This document shows positions 42,145 through 53,929 of a stretch of DNA of 64,000 nt, piece after piece; within the stretch, counting starts at the first letter, position 1; each line of letters opens with the position of its first letter. The notes below the pieces were generated by a model that ran no database searches, was not told the DNA's origin, and saw nothing but the letters and a program-made list of their open reading frames with translations. The position numbers were made by a program, and so were the translations under genes. The DNA is from Thraustochytrium aureum (Eukaryota). The stretch is from positions 1 through 64,000 of the forward strand of contig BLSG01000345.1 of assembly GCA_012862495.1 (NCBI GenBank), read 5' to 3'.

Positions 42145-44451
42145 GACGTGCTTGGAGTGGCAGGCNNNNNNNNNNNNNNNNNNNNNNNNNNNNNNNNNNN
42201 NNNNNNNNNNNNNNNNNNNNNNNNNNNNNNNNNNNNNNNNNNNNNNNNNNNNNNNNNNNNNNNNNNNNNNNNNNNNNNNNNNGCTGCTGCTGCTGCTGCT
42301 GCTGCTGTGACGGTGCTTGGAGGTGGCAGCGAGGATGGCCGAGACACGGGCCAGTCGATGCAAAAGATCAACTTGGACAAGGTTGTCTTGGTGACAGACG
42401 ACGAAATCGCGCGGGCCAGCCCCTCTGCGAAAACCAGCGCGAAGACACCCGGCGTTGGAGCGACAGCGGACGACTTGCGCCGCAAGTGCGTCCAGCTGAT
42501 CGCCGTCGGATCGCGAGGCGACATCAACCCGTTCCTGGCGCTCGGCGAAGGGTTTGCCGCGCGCGGGTACCACGTGCGCGTGGCGACGCACGTGGCCTTC
42601 GGCGACGTTGTCAAGCGGTTTAGGTTTGAATACTGCAAGCTCGCGGGGGATCCAAAAGTCTTGATGAACCTGATGGCCTCCTCAGATGCAGTGCACAGCC
42701 CAGCTTTTGTGTATCGCAATTACTCGATCTACCGCGAGATGGTCCGCGAGATGCTGGACGACATGTGGGAACACATCTCCAACGTCCCACTCGGCATGCG
42801 ACTCGACCTAGTTGTGGCCAACCCCGTCTCGCACGGCGGCGTCCACCTGGCAGAGTTTCTCGGCATCCCTGCAGTGATGCTGTTCACAATGCCGTGGACC
42901 CGTTCGAGAGAGATCCCCTTCCCGCTCTACATGTCAGGCGTGCGCGAGACCGGCCCCTCCGTTCTCAACCCCTCCTCATACGGACTGTTCGAGACCGCCT
43001 GCTGGTTTGCCATCAAGGACCTCATCAACGATTTTCGCAAGGAAAAGCTTGGCCTTCCGCCGCTTTCTTTCAACAAGGCCGAAACAAGCACGGCCAACAC
43101 GTCTGTGCACGGGCGAAAAGTGCCCTTTCTGTACTGTTGGAGCAAGCTTCTTCTGCCAAAGCCCGAGGACTGGGGCCCGCACATCATGATCAGCGGCTAC
43201 CTTGTCACTGCCGACGACCGACGCTGTCTGCTAGAAACGCACAAAGCCTCGACGGGAGACGGCGACGGGCGGTCCGCCGCGAGCGACTCTACCGAGTCGT
43301 TCGCAACAAGCACAGAGCTCAACGACTTTGTAAATCGTGCCTGTCACGCGGACAGTTCGGGGCCGCTGTACATTGGGTTTGGGTCCATCAACTCCGGCGA
43401 GCAGGAGATGGGCGAGATCATGGCAGCCATCGTGCGAGGCCTGCATTTGATGGCGTGCGTTCGAATGCCAGACGGCTCGCGCGGCCTGTCTGGAGCGCGC
43501 TTTGTGGTTTTGCAGAGCGCTAATCACCGGGAGGTCTTCGAACGGCAGCTGCGCGACCGAGCCAACATGTGCACGGCGAAACGATCTCGAGGCTTTCTCT
43601 TGGGATCGCACCCAACGCTCGCCACAGAGTCTAGCGCAAGCCTTCCAGTTGATGTGGCTGAACCTGCCTCACGTGCTCGCGCCGATACAGCGCCAGCTGA
43701 GACGCCGACCCCCACGCCAAACAGTGCAAAGAGCGAGAGTGGGCCAGGCGAGATCGCGCCCCACGTTGGCTTGAGGCCCCGTCAAGCGAGCGGGTTCCAT
43801 GCTGCGTTGGCCGCGGCCTTTCCGTCTCTAGTGACAGCTGAGGCCGCCAAGGGACCCGTCCCTCTTTGGAAGCTCATCGAGAGCGCCACCATCTCCGAGC
43901 AAGAGGCACTCGACGCGTGGGAGATGCTTCAAAGCCAAGTCCTCCTCATCACGGAGGCGAAGCACAGCGCACTCTTCCCTCGCTGCTCAACTGTGATCCA
44001 CCACGGGGGCGCGGGGACTTTCATGACGTCGGTCCACGCTGGCGTGCCGCAGCTCGTTGTGCCCTTCTTCGGCGACCAGTTCCTCTGGGGAAACCTCGTC
44101 GTGAAGCATGGGCTCGGTGGCGGTCTCCCGGCAGCAGAGTTTTCCATGCTGGCCTTTGTGCGCTACCTGGAAGACTGCCTCTCTGGTCAGGTCCGGGAAA
44201 GGGCCCGAGTGATGGGAGAGCAGCTGCGCAGTGAGCTCGGCAAGCCGCACGGCGGCGGCGTTGAGCATGCTGTGAGTGCGATCGAGGCGTGGATGGCGCA
44301 CGAGGAGGACCATTTCGACCTCGACCTTGCTCGCCCCACGCCGCCTCCCGAAATCGGCCAAGTGCCAATCTCGAGTCGCGAAATGGCGTTGAAGGGCGAC
44401 GCAGAAAAAATGCGCGGGTGCTCTGGTGGCGACGACTGCGTTGTACAGTGA
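42071..44451 (+). CDS. Sterol 3-beta-glucosyltransferase (GT1, UGT80/ATG26-like) with N-terminal poly-Ala and C-terminal CaaX (CVVQ)
   Basis: AVGSRGDINPF, VRVATH, FTMPWTRS, PKPEDWG, LYIGFGS and HHGGAGT...VPFFGDQFLWG. Confidence 0.9.
42094..42142. repeat. (GCT)n trinucleotide repeat encoding poly-Ala
   Basis: About 16 GCT units; repeated again after the gap at 42283. Confidence 0.9.
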
Positions 44452-44702
44452 TTAGAGGCAACCACCTTCTTGTGCGATTTGTTTGGAGGGGGTGCCTCAA
44501 GCGGCGCGGGCCGTGTGCGATGGCTGCCAGCGGCGCTTTGCACAGTGTCCGTGCCCTTTTGCGCGACGTTCTCAAATTGTCGCGCCAACTTGCAGTGTGT
44601 GCTGGCACGTTCTGGTGCGCACGGCACTCTCACCTTTCTCTTAGAAGACTTGCTCTACACATCAGAAGCTAGAGTTTGACAGCTGCCACCTTCTGGTCGG
44701 GG

Positions 44703-47700
44703 TCAGAGCTTGTCGACCGCCTTTGCTATCGAAAGCGTCGCTCGAAGTTGCCCAAAGTCGAGCGGAATGTCTGCAATCTCGTGCACGCGCTGCTTGTAGT
44801 CGCGCTTGTCGCTGGGCGCCCCTGCATATCCAACTACTGCCCCACTGCGCTGGACGCGCGCTGCAGTCATGCGCTGCCGCATAGAGCCTTCTCGGCGAAA
44901 CAGCGCCTGCGCCGCTGACGGTGGAGTTGGCGACCTTGAGAGAGACCCCTCGAATGACCTTGCAGTGGCCGACTTTATCGTCGACGCTGCACTCTGATCG
45001 GCCAGCGCGCTAGCCGAGCTGCTCTCGTCGGGGGCATCGGCGTCAGCAGGAGCGGCTGTTGTAGCAGGAGCGGCAGCTCGACAAAGACTGGACCGCTCTT
45101 GGGCTTGCTCTCGCAACTGGGACCCAAACTCCGCCGCACTCGTTTCGGTCGTTTCTGGAGCCCTCTCAATTTCTTGCTTTGCGGGGCCGTCTTCCCGCCC
45201 CGCCAAGACGGCCTCGACCTCCTGCGTTTGCAGAACGTGCTCGGCACGCTCAGCTAGTCTTGCGAGAATCTGTTCCCGGCGGTAGTACAGCGAAATGGAA
45301 CGCGGTGCACGCAAGTCCGCGTACGTCTGTTGCTCGTACAAAATACAGTGCTCTTTGTCAAAGGCGTCGACGGCGCACCAGGTCTTTGCCTTCTTGCTGC
45401 AGCGGATGTAAAGCACCTTGTACGGAAGGCTGTCCGACGGGCCGCGGAAAATGCGGCCGATCTTCTCACTCAGGTCCGGCTCCTTTAGCCAGAGACCGCT
45501 CTCGTTCCCCTTGAGAAAGTCCATGATGGGAACCACGCTTTCGCAGGTTTTCGCTGAGAGGCCATCCCACCCTTTGATCTCGTTGCGCACCTCGTCTTGA
45601 CGCGTCACCGTGAGAAGCGCCACCACGGCCTTGGGGGAGCTGCATGTTGCGCCCAGACTGGTCGAAAACGGGCTTGGCGCTCTTCATCAGGTCGCTGTCG
45701 ACCTTGATCCAGACCTCTCCCACGCTCGGAAAAGACTTGTATGCGCCTCTGTCCGAGTCCCTGCTCGGCGCCGCGTCCCGTCTTCGAAGGGCTGGCGCCG
45801 CGTCGATGGCGGCTGCAATAGCCTCGACATCGAGCTGGTTGAGAGTGTGCTTCTGTAGCGACCGGTAACTCTGCTCAGAAAAGCTCGCCAACCGCTCCAA
45901 GTTCCAGGGCGAGACCTGACCAAAGAGACCAACAGGCACGCCGGACAGGGTCCACATGCTCACGTTGCCATCAGTACAACTGCTCACCAGGAAGCTCTCT
46001 GCCAGCCGGTTGTTCTGAACGAAATCAACGGCTGTCACGCTCGCGTCGTGCGCCTTCCAATGCGCGCACGGCTGCAGAAACCTCTGCAGCAGTGTCGGCT
46101 CGACGATGTCCCACACGCGAATATTGCCGCCCTCGTCTCCGGTTGCGAGCATATCGTCCGACATGTCAGTGCAGATGGCCAGGACGGGCTCGGAGTTTAG
46201 GTTGGAAATGCTTCCAAGGTCCTGGACGTGACCAGTGGCCACGTCGACGGTGATTGCGGTCCCATCGCTCCGCGTCGCGACGAGAACGGAAAACCTGTTA
46301 ACATACACGGAGGCTTCGATCCCGGCGGGGCCCAGGTCGTCAAAGCGGCGCGTGAGCTGGCCCGAACTCAGGCACCACAGCACAATGCGACCGTCGTATC
46401 CGCCTGTAGCGAGAAGGTCTGGCGGCACAAATGAGACGGTCATGATGTCATCAACATGTCCCTTGTCGAGGTCGCGCTCGTGCTCCGGCATTCGGACGCA
46501 GTAGCCCTGCTCTTTCGCAGGGCTACTTCCGTCAGTCCACACGTAGACGCGGCGGTCCCACCCGACGCTGACGATGTACTTGTTCTTGATCGTTGAGTGG
46601 CCAGGGATGCGCGGAAGGACGTTGACGATGTGCGCGATTTTAGTCACCTCTGCGCAAGAAAAACGCGCTCCCCTCTCGGAGCGCGCCTTACGGTCGCCAA
46701 TGTCTTGTTCGGACAAGCCCTGCGCACGTCCCTCGGTGTGCTTGCCAGGCTTTTGCGGCGTACGGCGCTGGTACTTGTTCCGCCGCCGAGAGCGCGGCAC
46801 AGACCGGCTCGTTTCTGTGTTGCCGATGTTGAAGTGCTCGTCGTGGCGGGCCTCGCGCAGGGCCGCTTCGTCAGCGTCGTCTCTCGGAGCCTCAAGGGCG
46901 AGCGCGCGCGCTGCTGCGGCGCTCTCAGGAACCTTGAGCAGCGTCTTGAGCAAACACCCGTTGGAGAAGTTCCAAATCTTGAGGTCAGGCCCGTCGTGCG
47001 TCCCAGTGATGAGGCGGCGCCCCCCGTCGTCAAAGCAGAGCGCGGTGACGTTCAAAAGCGTCGATCCGCTGAGGAGAGAGTCGTCGCCCATCGACATGGT
47101 CTGCGAAATGTCGCTGGCCGCTTTGAGTGCGTCAACAGGCTCGCGCTGCGCCGGGTCCTCGGCGCAAACACTAATGCCTGCGGCGGCTGCTGTGAGCGCC
47201 GAGTTTTCTGCGGCCGCGGCAGCGAGCTTGCTAGAAGACATGTCAATCGTGTCGACCTGGCCATGGGAGTGGCGGAGCTGGAACCGCGAGATGATGGTCC
47301 CGTTGTCCACATTCCAAATGCAGAGGTTGGCACGCTCGTCCACAGACACGACCTGGTGAAAGCTCTTGTTGTATAGCGCCCCAACAACGGGGCGAATGTG
47401 CGCCTGGGTGCAGACCTCAAGGTTCTCCTTGAGCGGGAAGATTTTCAGCTTGTTGCTGGCCGCTACTAAGGTTCGGTACTTTTTCACAAAGAGCATGCAA
47501 GTCACGGGCAAGTTCGAGGTCGCAGCGCCGCGGTTGACGCCAGTGGGGTCGGATCCAGCAAAGCTGATGGTTTGGATGCAGCGATGGTTTCGAACGTCCC
47601 AGACTTTGACCGTGTTGTCCGCGGAAAGCGAGACGAGCTGGCTGTTGCCTTCGTTGAAGCTGACCTTTATCACGCTGCTCGTGTGCCCCTGCAGTGTAGC

Positions 47701-48845
47701 GACGCTGCGGCGCGAGTACGGACTCCATATACGATGTGACGCTCAAGTCCGCAGGACGCTACGATCTTGTACGACGGGCTCCACGCAAACGAGTAGACGG
47801 CTTTGGTGTGTTGCGAAAAGACGCGCTTGACGCGTCGCCGCTCCAAGTCGTACACCGTGATGTTGGCGTCTAACGACGCGACGATAAGCGCGTTGAGGTC
47901 GGCCACGTATTCGACCTGCGTGATATGGTCTGTGTGCTTGTGCAAGTACAGGTGGTAAGCGCCGTGCCTATTTGGCTTGCTGAGGACATCCTCCCTCCCG
48001 TCATGCTCTAACGGAGGGGCCACTGCCGCCGCGGCGTTGGTGCGGCCGACGCGCGGGACGCTACGCTTCTCGCTTGGCGTAAGCGTGATTGCGGCATCGA
48101 GGCCAAGGCCCCAGGCCTTGTCATTCTGGAAGAAGACGCGCACCCCGCCAGTGTCGTCGCCGACAAGCAAGAGCTCTTTCTCCGCTCCAGCGTCGTGGTG
48201 GTATGCCAGGCACAGCGGAGCGGCGTGGCCGAAGCGCTCCATCGGGATTCGGCCGATCCGCTTCTTGTTGTCGACAGCGAGGTCGTAAAACGTGATCCCG
48301 TTATCGATGCTGCTAACTGCGAGCTTGTTGGAGTACGACATGTACGCGACGGCCGTGACCCAATCCTTTTTCTCGGTCGTTTCAAAGTGCCCTTGGTGCA
48401 GCAGGGTCGTTGGGTGCCATAGACGAACGGTGCCGTCCCTGCTCGCAGTGAGAAGCTGGTTGGACTTTTCCAGGAATAGGAGCGACCCCACCGGGTCGCG
48501 GTGATACGTCTTCACCGGGTTGTTCAGGTCGAAGATGTCATAGGTGGCTGGGAAGAAGCGAACCGCGGATTCCTCCTCTTCCTCGTCGCCGCGCTTCTCG
48601 TCGCTCTCTTGGTTGTCCAGAAACATAAAGTTAAGGAGCTCGTCCCAGTCCACGCTCCCGTCGCTGTTGGCGTCGATCTTCATGAACAGGTGCGACAGCT
48701 GAATCCTGGAGAGGCCGTCGCCAAGGATGGACCCGAACGCGTCCACAAAGCTGCTCTCATCAAGCTCGCCGTCCGCCCCAAACAGGTCTTGCAGCTTCCG
48801 CAGCGCCTCCAGGTCAATCTCTGACCTGCTAAAGTGCCTCGCCAT
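44703..48845 (-). CDS. EF-hand + WD40-repeat protein (WDR49/WDR64/EFCAB8-like); frameshifts at ~47730 and 45633-45637
   Basis: EF-hand LFMKIDANSDGSVDWDE; many WD repeats (TASRDGTVRLW, SADNTVKVWD, LKIWNFSNG, SVGWDRRVYVW, GHVDDI, ATGGYDGRIVLW). Three ORFs join by single-base corrections. Confidence 0.85.
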
Positions 48846-49631
48846 CGTGGAACGGCGCGCGCCGCTTGCTTCCTGGGCGGGCGCGCACCAGGTGCAGGCT
48901 CGTGGCCAAGCCCGCGGGCTGGGGTTTGGAGAGCTGCGCTCGCGACACTCCAGCGTCTCGTGCGCTGCGATGCTGTTCCGTGGATGGATGTAGAAGCTGT
49001 TGCTGGAGCTCGGTGGAGGGAGGTCTTCAACATCGTCGCCAACAACAATAGTGCCGTTGATGCTCGTACGGAATNNNNNNNNNNNNNNNNNNNNNNNNNN
49101 NNNNNNNNNNNNNNNNNNNNNNNNNNNNNNNNNNNNNNNNNNNNNNNNNNNNNNNNNNNNNNNNNNNNNNNNNNNNNNNNNNNNNNNNNNNNNNNNNNNN
49201 NNNNCCGTTGATGCTCGTACGGAATGGAAGCGGCGATAAATATGCCCTCCAACGCGCGAGCCGCGTGCGTGCGAGGCGTTGCGAGCGAGCGCGTGGCACA
49301 CAGACCCAGGCCCCGCCCTCGAGGTCCGCAGAAAACGATAATGAAGCGAGTCTTGCCGCTGCTCCTGAGATGTCGGAAATGCCCCGAGCAGCATGCGACA
49401 GGCGCCAGGCCCAGTGCGCGACGTGTGCTTTTGCGGTCTTTTTTGAGCCTGTGAACGCGACCGCTGGGCAACACTTTCAGCTCGCCATGCCAGCGGCGAC
49501 AAGGAGAGGAAGGAAGAAACGTTGCGCCCGGCCATGACCAGCCAGGACGTAGGTAAATAAGAAAGGAAATGGAAAACAACATGGGACGGCGCACATCGAG
49601 GCCTCCGGCTCGCAATGCGCTGTGTTCTCGA

Positions 49632-52600
49632 TCAAGCAGCAACATCGTAAAGCGATGCGAACTGGGATGGGCGATGCGGACCCACGGAGAGCTGCTCGAG
49701 CGCACCAACGCCGACCGCCTCGGCGAGCGGCGCGTCGTCTGGGGCAGACTGGGCTTCGTAGAGCCGAGCAGTGACCTGCATCATCTCCTGCACGTGCCAA
49801 TTTTCGGGGCGAGCGCGGTCCTGCATTTGGGTCCGCAAGGCGTCGATCTGCATGACCAAGTCGCACTCCGGGTCGCTTGCGAAGTGGTGCGAAGCGCCGT
49901 GGCCCCAGGTTGGGTGGTTGTATCCGATGCCGCTCATGAAGAAGGGCAGACCAGTGGGCTGGAAAGTGAGCGTCACTCGGCGGCCGTCTTGCAGCGCGAT
50001 GACAAGCGTCGCTGATTGTGCATGTCGCGTGCGCGGCAAGTACAGCACCGAGTGACCCGCCGCCTCGCAGCGACCGAATGGGGCATGGCCCTCTGCGCGG
50101 CTGGTACTGGCCCCAACTTGGCGCGCGCGGGGGAAGAAGGGGTTTGCGGCATCGTCGCGTTGACCATCGGCAGCACTTGCGGTTGCCAGACCCGGCGACA
50201 GGAAGGGGTCGCCGAAGATGTGCGCGGCACCATTCTGCAGCTTTCCGTCGGCGTCTTGCTGCGAGTGGTAGGTGACCGCGCCATGGTCAAAGTGCACTAG
50301 GGTCCAGAGCCAATAAAACTGGGGGCAACGCGGAGCCCGAAGCAGGGGGTTGATCACGTGCTGCCGAACCTGCTTCTGGCCAACGATTGCATTGCGCAGC
50401 CAGTTAGCCCTGGGCGACTTATCAGCCGGCGGGTGCGGGCGTGTGCCCCACGAGCGATCGCGCGAGCCCCGCCAGTCGATGACGTCCACGTGCGCATCGC
50501 CAACAGAAATAAATCCGTCCCACGAGACGAGCTGCGTGAGGCGGTCGTAGTTGAACGACCCGACCGAGCCAAGCGAGACGTTGTATGGGGGCTCCATCGT
50601 CGGTGCGTAGCGGGCGTGGAAAGTCAGGTTGGCCTCGATCCGACCCGGCACGTGCACCTCAAGCTGCACGCGGCGCAAGGGCTCGAGCACGACGATCGAG
50701 ATGGGCCCGACTTTGCTCTCTGCGGCGCAGGCCAGATCGCCGACCTTGCTGCTGTCCTCGGCGGGCCACTCGCGCGCCGCGAGGCGGCGGCTGGCGCGCA
50801 CATTGTGCTGCACGCCGTCGAGGACAATGGAGAACGAGGCATCGACCACGCCGCGGCCAGGGTACACACCGAGAGCGGCAGCGAAGAAGACGCGGCCCCG
50901 CCTGTCGTAGCCGTTTAGGAACCAGCGGTCGTAGCAGTCGCGGCGACCCGTCCCTGGCGCTGGGCCAAAGCCCTCCNNNNNNNNNNNNNNNNNNNNNNNN
51001 NNNNNNNNNNNNNNNNNGTGGGCGAGGCGCTCGTCCTTTGCCGTCGCGCTACAGAGCATGACAGGCGCCTCGTCTTGCGCACCGTGGCTGGCCGGGTCTT
51101 CCTCGCTGTCGGGACCGAGGACGTGGTCCTCGACGAGCCGATAGGTTGCGAGCTGGCCGCTCATGTAGCGCTGGTCGAGACGCTCGCGCAGGACCTCGTC
51201 CAGGACGGCGGCAGCGTCGACGCGCACCAGCGCTCGGACGCTGCGGGCCAGCATGGCCTCGCGAACCGCCTGCGCGCGCACGAGGCCCTCGGCCCCGATG
51301 CTCTCAGGCTGCATAACCGCGATCGGTATGAGGGTAGCCAGCAGCATGGAAAGGCGATAGTCGCGCCAACACTGATCTGGTCCGTACGCGGCGAGGGTGT
51401 TCTCGGGCAGGTTTTCGGCCAGGGTGGCGTAGTATCGCTCGACGAGGAGGCGGTCGCACCGCGCGCCCGCCTGCGGGTCCACCTCAAGATCGATGCTGGC
51501 AAAGTAGGCAAGGTCGTACACGCCAGTGCCCTTCGTGCTCGTCTGCCAGTCGATGCTGAGCCACTTGATGCCACGTCGCTCGTACAGGTCGTCGAAGGCG
51601 AGGCCAGCGTGGCAGACGCGGTCCTCCTGGCCGACCTGCGCGGGCCAGAGCATGTTTTCCATGCGGCAGTCTGCGTGGATCAGTGTGAGCGGGCCGCTCT
51701 TCAGCTCGTCGAGGACGAGCGGGAGATTCTCCAGAAATGTGCGCAGCAGACGCTGCGTGTCGGCATTGACGAGGCGCGCGAAGCGCTCTTGCTGCATCAT
51801 TTTGTGGAAAGCGGTGTGGACCAGGAGGTCGACCACGGTCTCGTTCAGGTTCATCCAGTCAAAGCAGCGGTGCCAGCCGAGGTTGTGCTTGTCATCGAGC
51901 TCGCGAAGGGACCTGCTCCAGTGGATCGAGTGGAAACGGGCGTAGCGCACCGCAACCGAGCAAGCCTGCTGCCAGGTGGCTCCGTGTATCTCGTTGCCGG
52001 GGACCATCGGCTGGGCGTCCTGCATCAGCAAGCAAAAGTCTGCAGTCCTGTCGTCATAGCACTCCGCGTAGGTTCTGGGAACTTGGAGCATGATGCCGCG
52101 TGAAGGTTCCCAGCGGCGCAGCTTCGGCGCCACTTCCTTGTAGAAGCGCACCTCGCGCATGTAGAGCGCAATGGAGCGCATCTTGCACTTGATGGCCTCG
52201 TCGCGCGTGGGCAGCTTGGCCACCACCGACCTCGGCAAGAGCGGGTTGTCTTGCGCCTCGCCCTCGTACGCCAGGTGGACGCGCACCGTCTCACCGATGA
52301 AACCCTGCGGCCGCTCCGCGCCGGATTCCGCCTCCGCCCCGGCCGAGAGCGGGGTCACGCTGATGTTCGCCACAGCGAACGGGTGCTGTCCTTTGAGCAA
52401 CGGGTGCGCTTCCAGTTGTCCGGCGACCCAGGCTGTCGAGATTTCGTCTGCAGCAGCTGGAAACTGCCGCCGCGCAAAAAGCGGGCCGCCCTCGAGACCG
52501 AGGCGCTTGCAGGCGATGGCCCACCCGCTCGTGAGCGCGAGCCAGGCGTGCCTGACGCCGACACCGACCAGCGAGTCGGGATTGCAGGCGCCCCAAATGA

Positions 52601-52703
52601 CGATCTGGGCGTGGCCAAGCAGGGCACACAGCCAGCGCATCGCCCGCTCGGATCGCCGGGCCTGTGCCTTGCAGCCGGTACAGCAGGCGCGAGAGCACCA
52701 CAT
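49632..52703 (-). CDS. Fusion protein: APH/ecdysteroid-kinase-like phosphotransferase + Rv3169-like (AttH/lipocalin-like) domain; N-terminus may extend into the gap
   Basis: Kinase: GFIG, SVVAKLP, REVRFY, LIHADCRMEN, IDWQ, GVYDLAYF. C-terminal domain: YDRWFLNG, GVYP, VLEPLR, RLTQ, GSRDRSWG, FYWLW, GIGYNHPTWGHG, HVQ, LEQLSVGPH. Confidence 0.8.
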   Translation of the reverse strand: MWCSRACCTGCKAQARRSERAMRWLCALLGHAQIVIWGACNPDSLVGVGVRHAWLALTSGWAIACKRLGLEGGPLFARRQFPAAADEISTAWVAGQLEAHPLLKGQHPFAVANISVTPLSAGAEAESGAERPQGFIGETVRVHLAYEGEAQDNPLLPRSVVAKLPTRDEAIKCKMRSIALYMREVRFYKEVAPKLRRWEPSRGIMLQVPRTYAECYDDRTADFCLLMQDAQPMVPGNEIHGATWQQACSVAVRYARFHSIHWSRSLRELDDKHNLGWHRCFDWMNLNETVVDLLVHTAFHKMMQQERFARLVNADTQRLLRTFLENLPLVLDELKSGPLTLIHADCRMENMLWPAQVGQEDRVCHAGLAFDDLYERRGIKWLSIDWQTSTKGTGVYDLAYFASIDLEVDPQAGARCDRLLVERYYATLAENLPENTLAAYGPDQCWRDYRLSMLLATLIPIAVMQPESIGAEGLVRAQAVREAMLARSVRALVRVDAAAVLDEVLRERLDQRYMSGQLATYRLVEDHVLGPDSEEDPASHGAQDEAPVMLCSATAKDERLAHXXXXXXXXXXXXXXEGFGPAPGTGRRDCYDRWFLNGYDRRGRVFFAAALGVYPGRGVVDASFSIVLDGVQHNVRASRRLAAREWPAEDSSKVGDLACAAESKVGPISIVVLEPLRRVQLEVHVPGRIEANLTFHARYAPTMEPPYNVSLGSVGSFNYDRLTQLVSWDGFISVGDAHVDVIDWRGSRDRSWGTRPHPPADKSPRANWLRNAIVGQKQVRQHVINPLLRAPRCPQFYWLWTLVHFDHGAVTYHSQQDADGKLQNGAAHIFGDPFLSPGLATASAADGQRDDAANPFFPRARQVGASTSRAEGHAPFGRCEAAGHSVLYLPRTRHAQSATLVIALQDGRRVTLTFQPTGLPFFMSGIGYNHPTWGHGASHHFASDPECDLVMQIDALRTQMQDRARPENWHVQEMMQVTARLYEAQSAPDDAPLAEAVGVGALEQLSVGPHRPSQFASLYDVAA

Positions 52704-53269
52704 AGCCGGCCCAGGTCCCGACCGCCCACTTGGCTTGCGCTCGTCGNNNNNNNNNNNNNNNNNNNNNNNNNNNNNNNNNNNNNNNNNNNNNNNNNNNNNN
52801 NNNNNNNNNNNNNNNNNNNNNNNNNNNNNNNNNNNNNNNNNNNNNNNNNNNNNNNNNNNNNNNNNNNNNNNNNNNNNNNNNNNNNNNNNNNNNNNNNNNN
52901 NNNNNNNNNNNNNNNNNNNNNNNNNNNNNNNNNNNNNNNNNNNNNNNNNNNNNNNNNNNNNNNNNNNNNNNNNNNNNNNNNNNNNNNNNNNNNNNNNNNN
53001 NNNNNNNNNNNNNNNNNNNNNNNNNNNNNNNNNNNNNNNNNNNNNNNNNNNNNNNNNNNNNNNNNNNNNNNCTGCTCCAAGGGGGTCGGGCTCCTGCGCT
53101 GCTCGCCCGCCTCTCCTGCGGCTCGTTCGGGCTCTGCTCCGCCCGCGCTCGAGGCACCCTTCACGTCCCACCGATCGATCATTGGGATCATCTCTGCGAG
53201 TGATCATGCGTGTGTCTGCGTTTCCCTCTTGACATTCTATATTTTATCCCTGGATTTTCGGAGACCGTG

Positions 53270-53354
53270 CCTGAACCTCCTTCCCTGAGCGCTCATCAGC
53301 AACCTGTGACACCTGAACCTGAACCAAGGCTTGCCTGAACGCCCGTGCCTGAAC
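53270..53354. promoter_or_regulatory. Cluster of five CCTGAAC motifs upstream of the kinase-fusion gene
   Basis: CCTGAAC at 53270, 53312, 53318, 53334 and 53348. Regulatory role is inferred only. Confidence 0.35.
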
Positions 53355-53929
53355 GCTGAGAACCGGTTGGGTCGGGGTTCGGACTCCAGGTAGAGTAGGC
53401 CCACAGAGATAGTACTAATCTACCTGGCCGGCCTACTCGTGTCTGATGAGACTCGAGGACCTCGAGGACTTGGAGTACGAGAACCTCCCTCTCCTCTCCG
53501 CTGGGCGCTGGGGCGGCTGGGCAGGCGCTTCAGTAGAGCGCGACGCTGCAGCGGAGAGGCCGTCGGACGGATCAGGCGCTTGACTTAGCGGCGGAAGGTC
53601 ATCGCTTGCTACGGCCGCGGCCGCTCGCTCTTGCGGCTGCTGCGCCCAATGTAATGTAGATTTTTTTAGCGCACGACGTTGGTGTTGGTGTGGTGCCGAC
53701 TCGGAGCTGACCAGAACGAAACACGTACGTGTTGTGGCGTGGAAAACGAACTGACCAAGTAGATGCCATGAATGCAGGGCAAACCGCAGAGCTCGGCCGC
53801 TGGTCTCGCGCGAGTCATCATCCGTCGTGTTTGTCAACCTTGCATCGACGCTGCGGACTGCGGCGCTGCGGACTGCGACGCACAGGAGAGGCACGAGCGA
53901 GGTTCTTTGGAGACGCGCCAGCAAGGTGC

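Noticed and set aside
41965..42147. Poly-Cys, poly-Leu or poly-Gln ORFs
   Set aside because: Alternative frames of the GCT microsatellite; the poly-Ala frame from ATG 42071 fits the gene.
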